Positions 1 through 13,128 of a stretch of 64,000 bases of DNA are shown here, one piece after another. The stretch's first letter is position 1, and each line of letters starts with the position of its first letter. A program made the translations under genes and the position numbers. The stretch is from Octopus bimaculoides (Eukaryota). Where the stretch lies: positions 49,475,976-49,539,975 of the forward strand of contig NC_068989.1 in the NCBI RefSeq assembly GCF_001194135.2, read 5' to 3'. The notes beneath the pieces are model-generated. The model was not told where the DNA came from. It saw nothing but the letters and a program-made list of their open reading frames with translations, and did no database searches.

Positions 1-243
1 TGTGAGAGAGTGTGTGCGTGCGCGCTCGCGCTCAGGCTGTAAAAGAGCNNNNNNNNNNNNNNNNNNNNNNNNNNNNNNNNNNNNNNNNNNNNNNNNNNNN
101 NNNNNNNNNNNNNNNNNNNNNNNNNNNNNNNNNNNNNNNNNNNNNNNNNNNNNNNNNNNNNNNNNNNNNNNNNNNNNNNNNNNNNNNNNNNNNNNNNNNN
201 NNNNNNNNNNNNNNNNNNNNNNNNNNNNNNNNNNNNNNNNNNN

Positions 244-428
244 GGGGGGGGGAGGGGGCCAGTCAATTAGATTGATCCCAGTATGCAACTGGTGCTTAAT
301 TTATCAACCCCAAAAGAATGAAAAGCAAAGTCGACCGTGGCAGAATTTGAACCCAGAACGTAAAGACAGACAAAATATCACTAAGCATTTCGCCCAGTGT
401 GCTCACAACTCTGCCAGCTTGGCACCTT
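244..428 (-). mobile_element. tRNA-derived SINE, family 1 (Octopus-type)
   Basis: Matches the family seen intact at 47387-47602 (AAAGTCGACC..GAATTTGAAC.CAGAACGTAAAGACAGAC..GCATTTCGCCC..CTGCCAGCT); the reverse complement carries GGTTCAAATTC, a B-box-like motif. Confidence 0.8.
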
Positions 429-633
429 GGTACTACAATGTAATGAAGCCATTGTCAATGGATCAATATCAGATATCAAGTTATGTGAGCATGTTTCAAT
501 TTTAAGATAAAGTGCTTTTAAACTGTGTATATAAAAGTATTTGAGATGAATAGGACATATATTCAGAATATATTCACACATTTAGAAGTATTTTGTTTGC
601 TTATTTTTTGTTACTGATCTCTTTCTGTTTTAA

Positions 634-832
634 CTCTTTAGCATTTAAACCAGCCTTATTTGGGCAAAATATTCTACTTGTTTTATGTTTCAACATCTAC
701 CTTACCATGTCGTTCCAAAAATAAACTATAACATCTTCAAAATTTTGAAGCTGTAAGATAATGCATGCTCAATTCAAAACAATGTGAATAAATAAGAATC
801 ACATCTGACAGAGTAATCTGAATGCTAGAGAG
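634..832. mobile_element. piggyBac-type MITE
   Basis: TIRs CTCTTTAGCATT / AATGCTAGAGAG flanked by TTAA at 630-633 and 833-836; internal sequence homologous to 25010-25227. Confidence 0.8.
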
Positions 833-1786
833 TTAAATCAAATTTGAATTCAGAGGTATGAAGTATCAAACTAGATGCCTCAAAGCATTCAGCTCTAAAT
901 TATTCTCGGCACCATGCTAGCTTTGCTTAAGATACGTTCCATACTTGTCAACTGAGTGCTAGTTTAAGTATTTCACAAACAAGTTCATTATAATTACATG
1001 ACAACAATAAAAAGTTGTTTGTTTTTAATTAGGTACAAAGCCACAAATTTGTAAAGGAAAATTAGATTTTCATATTTGTGTTTTCACACAGGTATCAACA
1101 AAATGAGATGAGACAACCACAACTATAGAAAATGGAACAGAATCACAGATTAGACTCACAAAAGGCTTACTTCTGTGGCACTCACAACATTCTTTCTTTT
1201 CATCTCATACAAATTTTTGCAAGGCTAACTGAATAATCTCCAGTATACTACCAGAACTTACATTAACAATTCCAAGAAGTATAATGGGCAACAACTACTT
1301 GGAAAGAATGTGAAAATTTTTTTAACATATATTTTAATCAAGAGAAAAGGGTGTGGCTTTTACAAAGGGAAGGAAGGAGGAAGGAACAGATTTTCAAATA
1401 AAAGACTTGGTCTGAATACTTGCAACAGAATGGGCACTCCTAAGGCATCCAAGGTGTCAAGTGGTGGAGCTAAACCAAGTGAGAAATTAAGTCCATCCCA
1501 AAAGATTAAGCTTATCACCCAACACTAAATCTACTACCTAGCATTAAACTTAACAGTCTACTAACCACCCTTAGAATGTAGGAAAAAAAACTATACTGGA
1601 AGGCGTTAAGCAATTTTGGGCACCCTCTAGCAATAAATACTAATGTTGTTTGTTCAGCTACAACGTCAATTTTCATGAATGAAACTATATTTGATTAATT
1701 TACAACATTATAATTACAGGGGAATATTTTATTAACCTAAATAAAACTAAACACATAAGGCAGGATCATGACCCCCCCCCATCTTC

Positions 1787-1834
<48 letters not shown>

Positions 1835-3500
1835 CACACACNNNNNNNNNNNNNNNNNNNNNNNNNNNNNNNNNNNNNNNTTTTTTTTTTTTTTTTTTTT
1901 TTCTCTTATATTCTTACATTTAATTTCTCACACATACATGTACACATTTTGTTCGCTTCTTATTTGTTAATGTTTTCTAAGTTCATAAAAAGAGTTCATC
2001 ATCAGTATGCATGACTTGAAAGGGTTAAAGATAATAGTGTACATTTATCTTATTTCATTGGCAAGCAATGTCATGAATAACCAAACTATTCTAACATATA
2101 CAAAATTAAATCAAATTGGTTTCTTTAAAAAGGTCTGGGATTCAACAAAAAAAATAAAAAATAAAATAGAATAAAGCAAATAAATAAAATTCATACAATA
2201 ATTTACTTTATACAGATTTAATTATAATGATATTTAATAACCTGTAAATTCCTACAAATATAAATGTCACTATCTTTAAACGCTATATAACATAGCAACT
2301 AAGTTTAATTCAATTTCATAGCTCAAAAGTTGATTACCTCAATTTGACCAATCTGCCCTCTCTCTAAGCTTATTTCAATAATCATGATAAATTTATAAGT
2401 GGCATAATGCATATAATAATGCAATAATTTCTATTTTCAGATTTTTCTACTTCAAATAAGGAGGAATGTGGGAAAAGAAAAAGAGAAAAGAATGCGATAA
2501 CTGTACACTATCTTAATCTGAATAGTATTTAATATATTTCTCTCGCCACTAACCAAAAGGTTAATAATTTTCCTTAAATATTACTCAATTATTTTTTCTC
2601 CTCATTCTAACTATACATACATACATCCATAGATACCTCAATCCATATATATGTACGTATAAACACACAAAGGTATCATTACTATTATTATCATTATTAT
2701 TGTCATCAAGAATTTACTTCCATTCTGGAATTATATTTAGCAAATTGTAAAATTCCTTTCCAATTAAGATTCGTCAAATGCTGCTGAAATAGAAACAACA
2801 TAATCTATATCAATGGATATAAATATCGTTGCAAAAATAATGTTTTCAAATTTGGGACAATTTTAACAGTCTGCTTCAAATACTAAATTCAGAAATGTTC
2901 AGTTTGCATCTACCAAGATGCAAAATAGAAAGTCTATTGAATATACTGAAAGTTATAACTGAACACAAGAGAAACCCCAGAGGAAATACAAGTTCCATCC
3001 AATTACACTTGACCATATCAATCAAGTTTCTGCTCTGATGAAATTCAAAGAGAAATGCATCATTTGATACTCTTGGCATGGAACCAATCAATGATACAAT
3101 TAAGTATTTAAAGAAGGAAGCAGCATCGATAAGAATCTAGCATCACGACAGCGTTTTCGCGGCATGATGCTTGCTAATGGTTCCCGCCTCTTCACTCACG
3201 AACAAACACATCTGCCTGCTAAAATATAGAAAGACTTAAGTTCTAATCTATTTTAGTAAACTGATTTCATTTCATTACCAATGTATTTTGTCAGATTATG
3301 GCAAGAAGATATTTTCTCCTTGTAAAAAAAAAAAAAAATATCTGAATATTATTACATTAATCCTTAGTGAATACAGCTAAATCAAAATATATTTACAAAC
3401 TTCTATGAGGCTGACAGATATTGTAGCCGAGAAAATTCATGATAAGAAAATACAGTTCAATCACTGCCATTTTTTTTCCTTTTATTTTTAAGTGTTTTAA

Positions 3501-3538
<38 letters not shown>

Positions 3539-6500
3539 CAGAGCTTCCATGAATGATATGGTTTTCTCTTGGAGAAATTGATTTTACACTCGGATACCCT
3601 TTCTACTAGTGTCCACTCAGCCATGAGGTAGGAATGGTATCTGATTTTGTTCGTCAGGTAAACTGGAGCAATCAAAGTTATTGGGCATGCCGAGGAACAC
3701 AATATACAATCGCTATAGTAAGCTTTAAAATTACAGTCATGTTTTCTGTAGTTCAACACCTGAATGCCATTGCAAATTATGGTGCATTAAACTCAGATTA
3801 AAAGCCAAAAATAGATAGAATAATCCAGTGTATTACATTAAGTATCAAAAAATATATTACAAACTGTGTTGATCATAATGTGAATAGCATCAAAATTGCA
3901 CTACATGTGTTATTCCAATATACTGAATGAGCATCTATTTTCAAATTATGAGCAACAAAAATTATTCTTCTCAAGGTACAAATACAAAAATAATTATCTT
4001 ATTTTCAAATCACTGAATATTTTGTCAAATTAGTGTTTCTTTGTATGAATTTAAGCAATGAAGCATATATACAGTGAGAGAACATTGATTTTTAAATTAA
4101 GTAGATTTTGTCCTAGAAATAATTGAAGTTTCAGATTATATTTTATTTTCTTTCTAATATCTGTGCCATAAATTGTTAATATACATCATCCACTGGAAAG
4201 GAACACCAAATGCATTTTGAATAATGGTTACAGGAATTTTATAAAGCTTCATTACACACACACACACACACACACACATCATTGTTTATTGTTTAGTGTG
4301 TGTATATGCGTGTATGTATGTGTATATATAGAGTGTGGGGGGAGAGAGAGAGAGAGAGAAAGAGAGAGATTGAAAGAAAGAGAGACAGACTAACAGAGAT
4401 ATAAGGTCCAGGTACAAAGTTATCTGTTCTTGTTGAAGTGTCCAACCCATGCCAGTACAGAAAAGGTGACATTAAATGTGGATATACACACATTATACAT
4501 ATGCACACACATACACATAACCTTGTACATACACACATGCACACGTACACACATTATACATATATATATATATATTTACATGAATACATACACATAAATA
4601 CAATAATCCAATAGAGAGATGTATATACATGTATGGGGATGTGTGTGAAGGGGTGTACATACGTGTGTGTGTGTGCATGTGTGTGAATAAATTCTCTAAA
4701 AGAAGAAAAATGACAAATTGATTTGTAAAATGATTACCAGATATCCCAAACCTACCACATTTGATATAAACTTCATTCTAAAAATATTTTATACCAATAT
4801 TGGCTGTCAAAAGTCAATAGTAAAATGCTTGCTAGTCATGTTAAGTTTGATCAAGAAAGATCAATGAAGATACAAGCAATCTAACCAGTTTAGATAAATC
4901 TAGAGCTGATTTCCTTTTATAAATCCCACTACCACACCACCAGCACCAGAAAAGCCACCACTATCCATTCCAGCAATCATTATCACCAACTCCACCAATA
5001 AAATTAGTTGTAAGATCGTAACTTATTCCCCAGCATCATAAGTAATTAACCATTTGGTAAATGGTTTGTTGTTATTGGCATTTCACATTGAACGAGTTTT
5101 GCAATATTGACAGCTGCATAAGGTAGATTCAGGCAGCAGCTGCTTCATAAAGCCCATTCACAAATGAGGAAAGAACATTTGTGAAGCATCTTAGCAGTGG
5201 AATCGACAAACTCTCTGAAAAACTCACATATAAATTGTGTTGTTATTTAAACTACTTGAAGGAGAATTTTACATGTCTAGAGAAAATTATAATGCAGAAT
5301 TTAATCCTTTAAAATAAGCTATCTTTAATAGATTTTCAAACATTCCACAATACCAACTTCCAAAATTGAGGAAGATATGTAAGTAGTGCAGAGCTAGTTT
5401 GGATGTTTTACATAATCTGATGTTTAAATTGCAGAAAACAACATTGATCTTTTTCTTTACAAGTCTGATCAAAGAAATGCCTCTATAATATACTAAGATT
5501 TAGTCAATTCACTCAGAAAGAAATCAATATTTATTGCTATGCACATTGAAATGACCAAGAACAATAGTCTATTATCAAGCATTATCATTTTTTTTTTAAT
5601 TCTTTTTTGTCTAGATCACATAGTAACACAATGCAAACAATAGGTGAGTTGGCTGTTTTAAAATAATTTGCAGTATATCACTTGCTTTAAATTTAATCCA
5701 GTCACCTAGTATCTAGATCAATCTCTTGTAACTCTCATCTCAAATCATGTTTGGAGACAACTTTGTGTTTTGCTGTTCCAGGAGATTGATGAAGTAACTA
5801 CCAGTAATATTCTGGAGTGAATTAAGTAAAACATGCTCTTATCCGAGCAAAATTAGTTTTATGATTCATCTAGGAAGTAAATCATTCGTAATGAAATAAG
5901 ACATTTTGCTTTTGCACTTATCAGTTTCTCCTGCACTTATACGTTATTGAATATGTCCACACCCCCTGAAGCCATGTGTCAATCTTAGAGCAATTCACAG
6001 ATTAGTAACATTGACCACCATCATGTGCTAGACATAAAATAATCCCTGGCTTATCCGCAAGCAATACGGGTTACATGTGCTTAGTATAAATAATCTTTGG
6101 ATTAGCAAAGAAATAAACGTGCAATGACTTTCCAACTACAAGATGATTTTAGAAAGAAACAAAAACAAGGTAATAACAACAACACTGGCAAAAACGTAAA
6201 GTAAAACTGAATTATATCTTCTTCAAAAACAAAACAAAATTTAAAAATTGTAAAAATAGTATAAAAAAAAAGAAAGAAACATGAACATTTTGCAAATTGT
6301 ATTCAAATTAAGTTCATAGATAAAGGATTGAGAAGAAAAGCTGTATAACATAATAAAAGTAATGCAATGAAGGCAAAGCAGAAAATGGAAATAAGTGAAA
6401 AAGAAAATGAAAGAAGAAAACCAGCAACTTATAAACGTTACAACTAATATCAGCTAATGCAACATAAATACGTTTAAATCTCACTGTATATTTTCTCTTG

Positions 6501-6954
6501 AATTACCAAGTGAAACAGAAGTTTCTGATTACATAGCTCTTTTTCTTTCCCTAATTGACATGCATGTTTGTTAGTGTTTTGTCGATAAAAATGACAACTC
6601 TAAGTAAGTGACAAGAATTTTCTTCTCTCATAGCACTTTTCTTCTTGCTCAGAAACTGGAAGACAACAATTTCAATTCCTCTTCTGTTGTTTCCAAATAT
6701 CTGGCATGAGTTGCAGGTTAAATCAGTTCATTTTATTGATTCCAATTTTACAAAATTTTGTTTTACTTTGGTTCTCTTTAAAAGGAAGTTTACCTGACAC
6801 AGAACCACATAAGTTACTAATGTGCAATCATTCTCACAGAATAACAAGTATTAAAAGCAAAACAAAAGAAGTAGCTATGACAGTTAAAATGCTTGAACAA
6901 TTGGTAATAATAACAGATACATTTTAACCTAAAATTAATTTGTAATTTACCTTT

Positions 6955-7295
6955 CACTAGTTTCAGTCATTGGACTGTGGTCTTACTAGGGCACCTTGCT
7001 GAGGAATCTTTTTCTTTTTAAAGCCTGGTACTTATTTTATTGGTCTCTGTTGCTTAACTGCTAAGTTACTGGTATGTAAACAAGCCAACACTGGTTGTCA
7101 AGTGGTGGTGAATGACAAACACAGATGCAAACACAACACACACACACACACACAGATATACATGATGGGCTTCTTGCAGTTTCCATCTACCAAATCCATT
7201 CACAAGGCTTTGGTCAGCCTGAGGCTATAGTAAAAGACGCTTGCCCAAGATGCCATGCAGTAGGACTGAATCTGGAACCGTATGGTTAGGAAGCA
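6955..7295 (-). mobile_element. tRNA-derived SINE, family 2, CpG-decayed
   Basis: Homologous to 54930-55315: TTTCAGTCAT..GACTGTGG tail, central (CA)n, CCAAATCC..CACAAGGCTTTGGTCAGCC..GACTGAA head; most CpGs mutated to TG/CA. Confidence 0.85.
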
Positions 7296-8689
7296 CACTA
7301 CAGAAGAAAATTCTTATTGGTCAATGTAAACACTTTAAATCGTGTTCTAAAAGTTAAAATCAGAATCAGAAATATAGTGCAAAAAGATGTGCACAAAAAA
7401 AAAAAATGGGTGAGCATTACAAAATAATATATGTGTCTTAGGAATAAATTCAGTGGCCAGAAATTGAAGATAGTTTATTTATCACTATTTGAGTAAAAAA
7501 CAATCAGTGGTACCTACATTCTTTACTGTCCCTTACTTGAAAAACAATTGAAGGTTGGTGATAGTAGGAGCACCTGACTATAAAATCCAAACTCAAAATC
7601 AATTTCAGTCATGAGTGGACGGCCATCATATATATNNNNNNNNNNNNNNNNNNNNNNNNNNNNNNNNNNNNNNNNNNNNNNNNNNNNNNNNNNNNNNNNN
7701 NNNNNNNNNNNNNNNNNNNNNNNNNNNNNNNNNNNNNNNNNNNNNNNNNNNNNNNNNNNNNNNNNNNNNNNNNNNNNNNNNNNNNNNNNNNNNNNNNNNN
7801 NNNNNNNNNNNNNNNNNNNNNNNNNNNNNNNNNNNNNNNNNNNNNNNNNNNNNNNNNNNNNNNNNNNNNNNNNNNNNNNNNNNNNNNNNNNNNNNNNNNN
7901 NNNNNNNNNNNNNNNNNNNNNNNNNNNNNNNNNNNNNNNNNNNNNNNNNNNNNNNNNNNNNNNNNNNNNNNNNNNNNNNNNNNNNNNNNNNNNNNNNNNN
8001 NNNNNNNNNNNNNNNNNNNNNNNNNNNNNNNNNNNNNNNNNNNNNNNNNNNNNNNNNNNNNNNNNNNNNNNNNNNNNNNNNNNNNNNNNNNNNNNNNNNN
8101 NNNNNNNNNNNNNNNNNNNNNNNNNNNNNNNNNNNNNNNNNNNNNNNNNNNNNNNNNNNNNNNNNNNNNNNNNNNNNNNNNNNNNNNNNNNNNNNNNNNN
8201 NNNNNNNNNNNNNNNNNNNNNNNNNNNNNNNNNNNNNNNNNNNNNNNNNNNNNNNNNNNNNNNNNNNNNNNNNNNNNNNNNNNTTTAAATGTCAAATATA
8301 TTTTGCTTTTAATCTAAATGTAACTGTTAAAAATGCCTTGTCTAGTGCAGAAGGTGACCACAAACAATTATGTTAATCAAAAAAAGATTTTTTTCTTTTC
8401 CTTTTATTAGACATCAAATGTTCGAACAAAAAAAAAAAATCTTATCAGCTAGACAAAAATAACAGGCTACAATCAAGAAGTTACAGGAGTCTGATAATAG
8501 TATATGTCTGTAGCATGTGTTAGAAGCATCAATGTGTAGAAAAGAAATGTGATTAAAGGGAATTAATTGAATATGCATTTTGATGAAGATGTACAATAAG
8601 AATATACAAAATAATCTAGGCAGAAGGAACAGGTTATGTAAAAGAAACAGGTCTGTATTAGCGCAGGTATGCTGAATGTATAAATACTA

Positions 8690-9060
8690 CACTCTCGGGT
8701 TTTGTGGTAAGAAGTTTGCTGTCCAACTATATGAATCTGGGTCCAATTTCATTGCATGGCACCTAGAGTGTTTTCTGTGATAGCCTCAGGCTGACCAAAG
8801 CTTTGAGAGAAAAAGCCCATCTTATGTGTGTGAGTGTACCTTTGTATTTATCCCCTACCACTGCTTGATGGCCAGTGTTGTTTTGTTAATGTCCTCGTAA
8901 TTTAGTAGTTCAGCAAAAAGAAACTGATTGAATAACTATCAGACTTAAAAAAAAATTTTTTAATGATATTGGGGCCAATTTTTTAAATGATACTGGGGCC
9001 AACCCTTGAAGGCATGCCCCAGCATGACCACAGTTTAATGACTGAAACATAAAAAGATTA
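8690..9060 (+). mobile_element. tRNA-derived SINE, family 2, decayed
   Basis: TGTGGTAAGAAGTTTGCT head through CCAGCATGACCACAGTTTAATGACTGAAAC tail. Confidence 0.7.
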
Positions 9061-9144
9061 ATAAAAAAAGAGACATGCAGTAGATTAAACTGAGGATGTT
9101 ATGCTTAGTAGTCAAAATAACCTATGATAGAAATGATTCTTTTA

Positions 9145-9488
9145 TTCTTTTACTCGTTTCAGTCATTTGCCTGCAGCCATGCTGGAGTGCTACCTCAGGG
9201 CTTTCTATTGGTCTGTTTTGCCGAACTGTTAAGTTATAAAGACATAAACACACCAACATCGGTTGTCAAGCAATGGTGGAGGTGGTAGGGACAAATACAG
9301 ACACCAAGACACACACACACACATATATATATATATACCATGGGCTTCTTTCAGTTTCCATCTATCAAATCCACTCACAAAGCTTTAGTCAGCCCGAGGC
9401 TATAGTGGAAGACACTTGTATAAGGTGTTATGTAGTGGGACTGAACCCAGAACCATGTGATTGGGAAGCAATTATGTCTGCACCTATG
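9145..9488 (-). mobile_element. tRNA-derived SINE, family 2
   Basis: TTCTTTTACTCGTTTCAGTCATT tail, (CA)/(TA) core, GGGACTGAACCCAGAACCATGTG head. Confidence 0.85.
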
Positions 9489-9589
9489 TAATTTTTTAAT
9501 TTATTATTTAATTTTTGATATTAAATTAAATACAGAAGACAGAAAATTCCATGCAACTACTAAAAAAAGGAGTAAAAGTAATTATTTTC

Positions 9590-11040
9590 TTTACTGCAGA
9601 CTCAAAGCCAGAAATTTGGAGAGGAGAGTTAGTTAAAGCGACTGATTCCAGTACTTAACCAATATTTAATTTTATTGACCCCTAGATGGTTTTGAATGTA
9701 GATCCCACTGAGGATGAATAGCAACATTGGCCTCAGTGAGATACTTTTAGCATTTCTACCAATCCAACAACTTTAATAAGAGTAATAATCCTTTCTACTA
9801 AAGGCACAAGCTCTGAAATTTGGGGGAGGGGAATAGTCGGTTACATCGACCCCCCCTCCCCCAGTATTCCACTGGTACTTAATTTATTGACCCTGAAAGG
9901 ATGAAAAGCAAAGTTGACCTCAGCGGAATTTGAACTCAGAACGTAAAGACAGACAAAATGCCACTTTTGCCCAGCGTACTGACGATTCTGCCAGCGTACT
10001 GACGATTCTGCCAGCTTACAGCCTTAACAATAATAGTAATCTTTTCACTATAGGCACAGGCCTGAAATGTGGAGGAATGAGACTTGTCAATTACATCAAT
10101 CCCAGTGCTCAACTGGTGCTTTTTCATTGATTCCATAACGAGGAACAAAGTCGGACTTGGCAGAGTTTGAACTCAGGACATAAAGACAGATGGCTAGCAA
10201 TTTTGAAGAGAAGGAACAAGTCAATTATATTATCACTAGTAGCTGACTGGTACTTCATTTTACTAACCCCAAAAGGATGAGGGGCAGAGTTAATTTGGAT
10301 GGGATTTGAATTCAAAAGAAATGTCACTAAGCATTTTCTCCAATGCACCGGGAAGTCTGCCAGCTCATAATAAGGGTTTCAAATTTTGGTTCACGGCCAA
10401 CACTTTTTGAAGGGATTGGAAAGTTGATTACATCAACCCCAGTACTTGACTAGAACTTATTTTATTGCCCTGAAATGATGAAAGACAAAGTTAACTTGAC
10501 CTCAGCAAAATTTGAACTCAGAGTGTAAAATGGTTGAAATGTAGCAAACATTACATTTGGCATGGTAATAATTCAGCCAGCTTGTCACTTTAATGATGAT
10601 AATAATAATGGTTTCAAATTTTGGCACAGGGCCAACAGTTTATGAGGGCTGGGGGAAGTGAATTACATCAACTCCAGTACTTGACTGGTACTTACTTTAT
10701 CGACCTTGAAAGGATGAACAGTAAAGTCAACCTTGGTGGAAATTGAACTCAAAACATAGACAGGCATGCTGACGGTTCTGCCAGCCCACCATTTTATAAT
10801 AATAACAATAATAATAATTGTTATTGCTATTTAGGCACAAGGCAATAATCATTAGAGGAGGGGTTTAGTTAATACCACAAACCTCAGTACTTGACAAATA
10901 CTTTAGTTTATTAGCCCTGGAGAAATAAAAGACAAAGTTGACCTCAATAGAATTTGAACTCAGAGCATAGAGAGCTAAAAGAAATAAGAAAATGAAGTTG
11001 TCTGATACTAACAATTCTGCCAGACTGCCACCTGCCAATA
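9590..11040 (-). mobile_element. Head-to-tail cluster of about 7 family-1 SINE copies
   Basis: Repeated blocks of GGCACAAG..ACATC(A/G)ACCCCAGTA..AAAGGATGAAA..AAAGT..ACCTC..GAATTTGAACTCAG..TCTGCCAG, all in one orientation, separated by (AAT)n. Confidence 0.8.
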
Positions 11041-11689
11041 TGTTGTTGAAAATGTGTTTAAAATACTAGTGTTATCCGGATATAAACATAAGTATGTGAA
11101 TAACAAGGTTAATATATATCATTTGAGAAGAACTGCTGTTAGCAATAAAACAATTCTGTCTGCAGAAGAAAGCTTTATAATATTAGAAGTTGTGTGATGC
11201 TAAATAGTAATAAAATATAACCTATGGACAGAATGAGTGCAATATAATCTTTTGGATGGGTCATGTTAGAATTTTAGAAAAGCTGGCAATTTGCAACTGC
11301 ATATCAAAAGATATTGGTTGAAACATGTAAGAGATAATTGCTTGTATTAGCAACTATAAACAAAGATACATGCTGAAGAAAAAAACTGGTACAGGTTATA
11401 TTGTATCTGAAAAGATTGGGTTTTACAATAACTGAGTTAAGAGAACACTGACTTGCAGACCTATCCAACCCATAATGGGAACAAAAAGTGGATATTGAAG
11501 TTACAACATACACAAAGAAAACTTCCACCAAATTACCGATAAGTCCAACAACTGCCAATAATCATACATCTGTAACTACTGCAACACTCCATAATAAATG
11601 TGTTTTTCACCAAAATCAAGATTAAAAGGTAAATATAATAATAGTACATGGTATTAGGTTGTGAAGTTTTTCCCCACCCACCCATTATC

Positions 11690-12004
11690 ATCATCATCAT
11701 TTAACATCTGTTTTCAATGCTGGCATGGGTTGCAGGCTTTGACAGGAGCTGGCAACTCTGAAGAGTACACTAGGCTTCATTGTCTGCTTTGGCATGATTT
11801 CCTGGCTGGATGCCCTTCTTAATGCCAAACACTTCACAGAGTGTACTGTGTGCTTTTTACATGACACTAGCACCAGTGGGGTCACCAAGTAACCTGCAAG
11901 ACAAAGACCCTTCATTGGGAGGTGGAGTAGTATTGAGGGAGGTGGCTTTGTGCCAGTTGAGAGGTCAAAGTATAATAAAGAGATAGAAATAGGTGTCTTG
12001 CTAT
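11690..12004 (-). mobile_element. SINE family 3 with (ATG)n tail, 5'-truncated
   Basis: (ATC)n-TTTAACATCTGTTTTCAATGCTGGCATGGGTTG...GGCTGGATGCCCTTCTTAATGCCAAACACTTCACAGAG; ends in an 18-bp foldback. Confidence 0.8.
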
Positions 12005-12089
12005 AGACACCTATTTCTATCTACTGGTATTAATAAATAAACAAATAATATAATAATGCAGTGATATTTTTTAGATTAATTATTATATG

Positions 12090-12370
12090 ACAGTGTAGTA
12101 ACGCCTGCGCATGCGTAGAATTAATAAAGCAAGCGTTTCCCACTCAATTCATTCTCTTTCTCGCTGGCCAGCGATTGAGCATGGACGTGTGTTTAAAGCT
12201 GTCTCTACATCTTTCGGTCTTATACTCGACAGCTCGTTATTCTCACCTCTAAAGATGTATAACTAAAAGATTTGTATGTTTATCACCTAAATAAATGTTG
12301 TTTGAGTTGTTTAGTCTGGAGTTCAGCGTTCCGTCTATTTCTTTAATTTTATAGTAGAAAGTCAGGTATA
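12090..12370. promoter_or_regulatory. CpG-rich promoter-like patch with NRF1-type palindrome
   Basis: TGCGCATGCGT at 12106-12116 and a local CpG cluster inside an otherwise CpG-poor region; Inr-like TCATTC near 12148; possible donor CAG|GTATAC at 12365. Confidence 0.5.
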
Positions 12371-12772
12371 CAATCTAAAGATGTATAACCCACTTTCTAC
12401 TAAAACAGCATCACCATTAACATTTTAACATACACTTTCCATAAACTAAGTACCAGTGAAACACTGGGGTTGATGTAATTGACTAGTTCCTCCCCCCCCC
12501 CACAAATTTCAGGCTTTGTGCCTTCACTAGAAAGAATTATTATCAGTATTACCATAGTAGTTGTTGCTGCAATGTAGCAAGTTGGCACAATCACAAGAGT
12601 GTCAGAAAAGAATGATTCGTGGCAGTTTTTCTATCACATTAGATTTTGAGTTCAAATTCTGCCGAGGTTAACTTTGCTGAGGTTAAATTTCAGGATTGAT
12701 AAAGATAAAGTACCAGTAACATACATGAGTCAATGGTATCAATTAACTTCCTCTCCTCAAAATTGCTAGCAT

Positions 12773-13128
12773 TGTGTATGGCTGTATGGTAAGAAGCTTG
12801 CTTCCCAACTACATGTTTCTGGGTTCAGTCCCACTGTGTTGCACCTCAGGTCAACCAAAGCCTTGTGAGTAGATTTGGTAGACAGAAACTGAAAGAAGCC
12901 TGTCGTACAAATATGTATATATTTTTATGTGTCTTTATGTTTGTCTTCCCACACCATTGCTTGACAACTAGTGTCAGTGTGTTTATATCCCTGTAAATTA
13001 TCGGTTTGACAAAAGGGAGTCATAAAGTACCAGGCTTACAAACAATAAGTCCTGAGGTTGATTTCTTTGACTAAAAGGCAGTGTTCCAGCATGGCTAGTC
13101 TAATGACAAACAAGTAAAAGAATAAAAG
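12773..13128 (+). mobile_element. tRNA-derived SINE, family 2 (joined to a family-1 copy at 12590-12775)
   Basis: ATGGCTGTATGGTAAGAAGCTTGCTTCCC..GGGTTCAGTCCCACTG head, body, CCAGCATGGCT..ACAAGTAAAAGAATAAAAG tail. Confidence 0.85.

Noticed and set aside
3030-3065. CTGATGA...GAAA hammerhead-like string
   Set aside because: No stem II or stem I pairing.
2876-3091. 71-aa minus ORF with a hydrophobic stretch (MELVFPLGFLLCSVITFSIF), reminiscent of a Cys-loop receptor TM4
   Set aside because: The only nearby acceptor (about 3190) gives stops in all frames before this ORF; no conserved motif, and no other receptor exons were found.
3510-3760. Strong poly-T acceptor followed by exon-like sequence, or a poly(A)-tailed retrocopy on the minus strand
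   Set aside because: All three plus frames stop within 14 codons; the minus strand resembles an old MIR/L2-like repeat and has no TSD.
7609-8376. Long ORFs in the track (also 17445-18555, 28561-29718, 50520-51335, 54463-55227)
   Set aside because: They are open only because N-gaps contain no stops; the flanks are microsatellite translations (IYIY, HTHT, CVCV).
11304-11558. Minus ORF MAVVGLIGNLV.. resembling GPCR TM1
   Set aside because: In-frame stop just upstream, no further TM pattern; likely the antisense of a Thr/Ser-rich AC-biased stretch.
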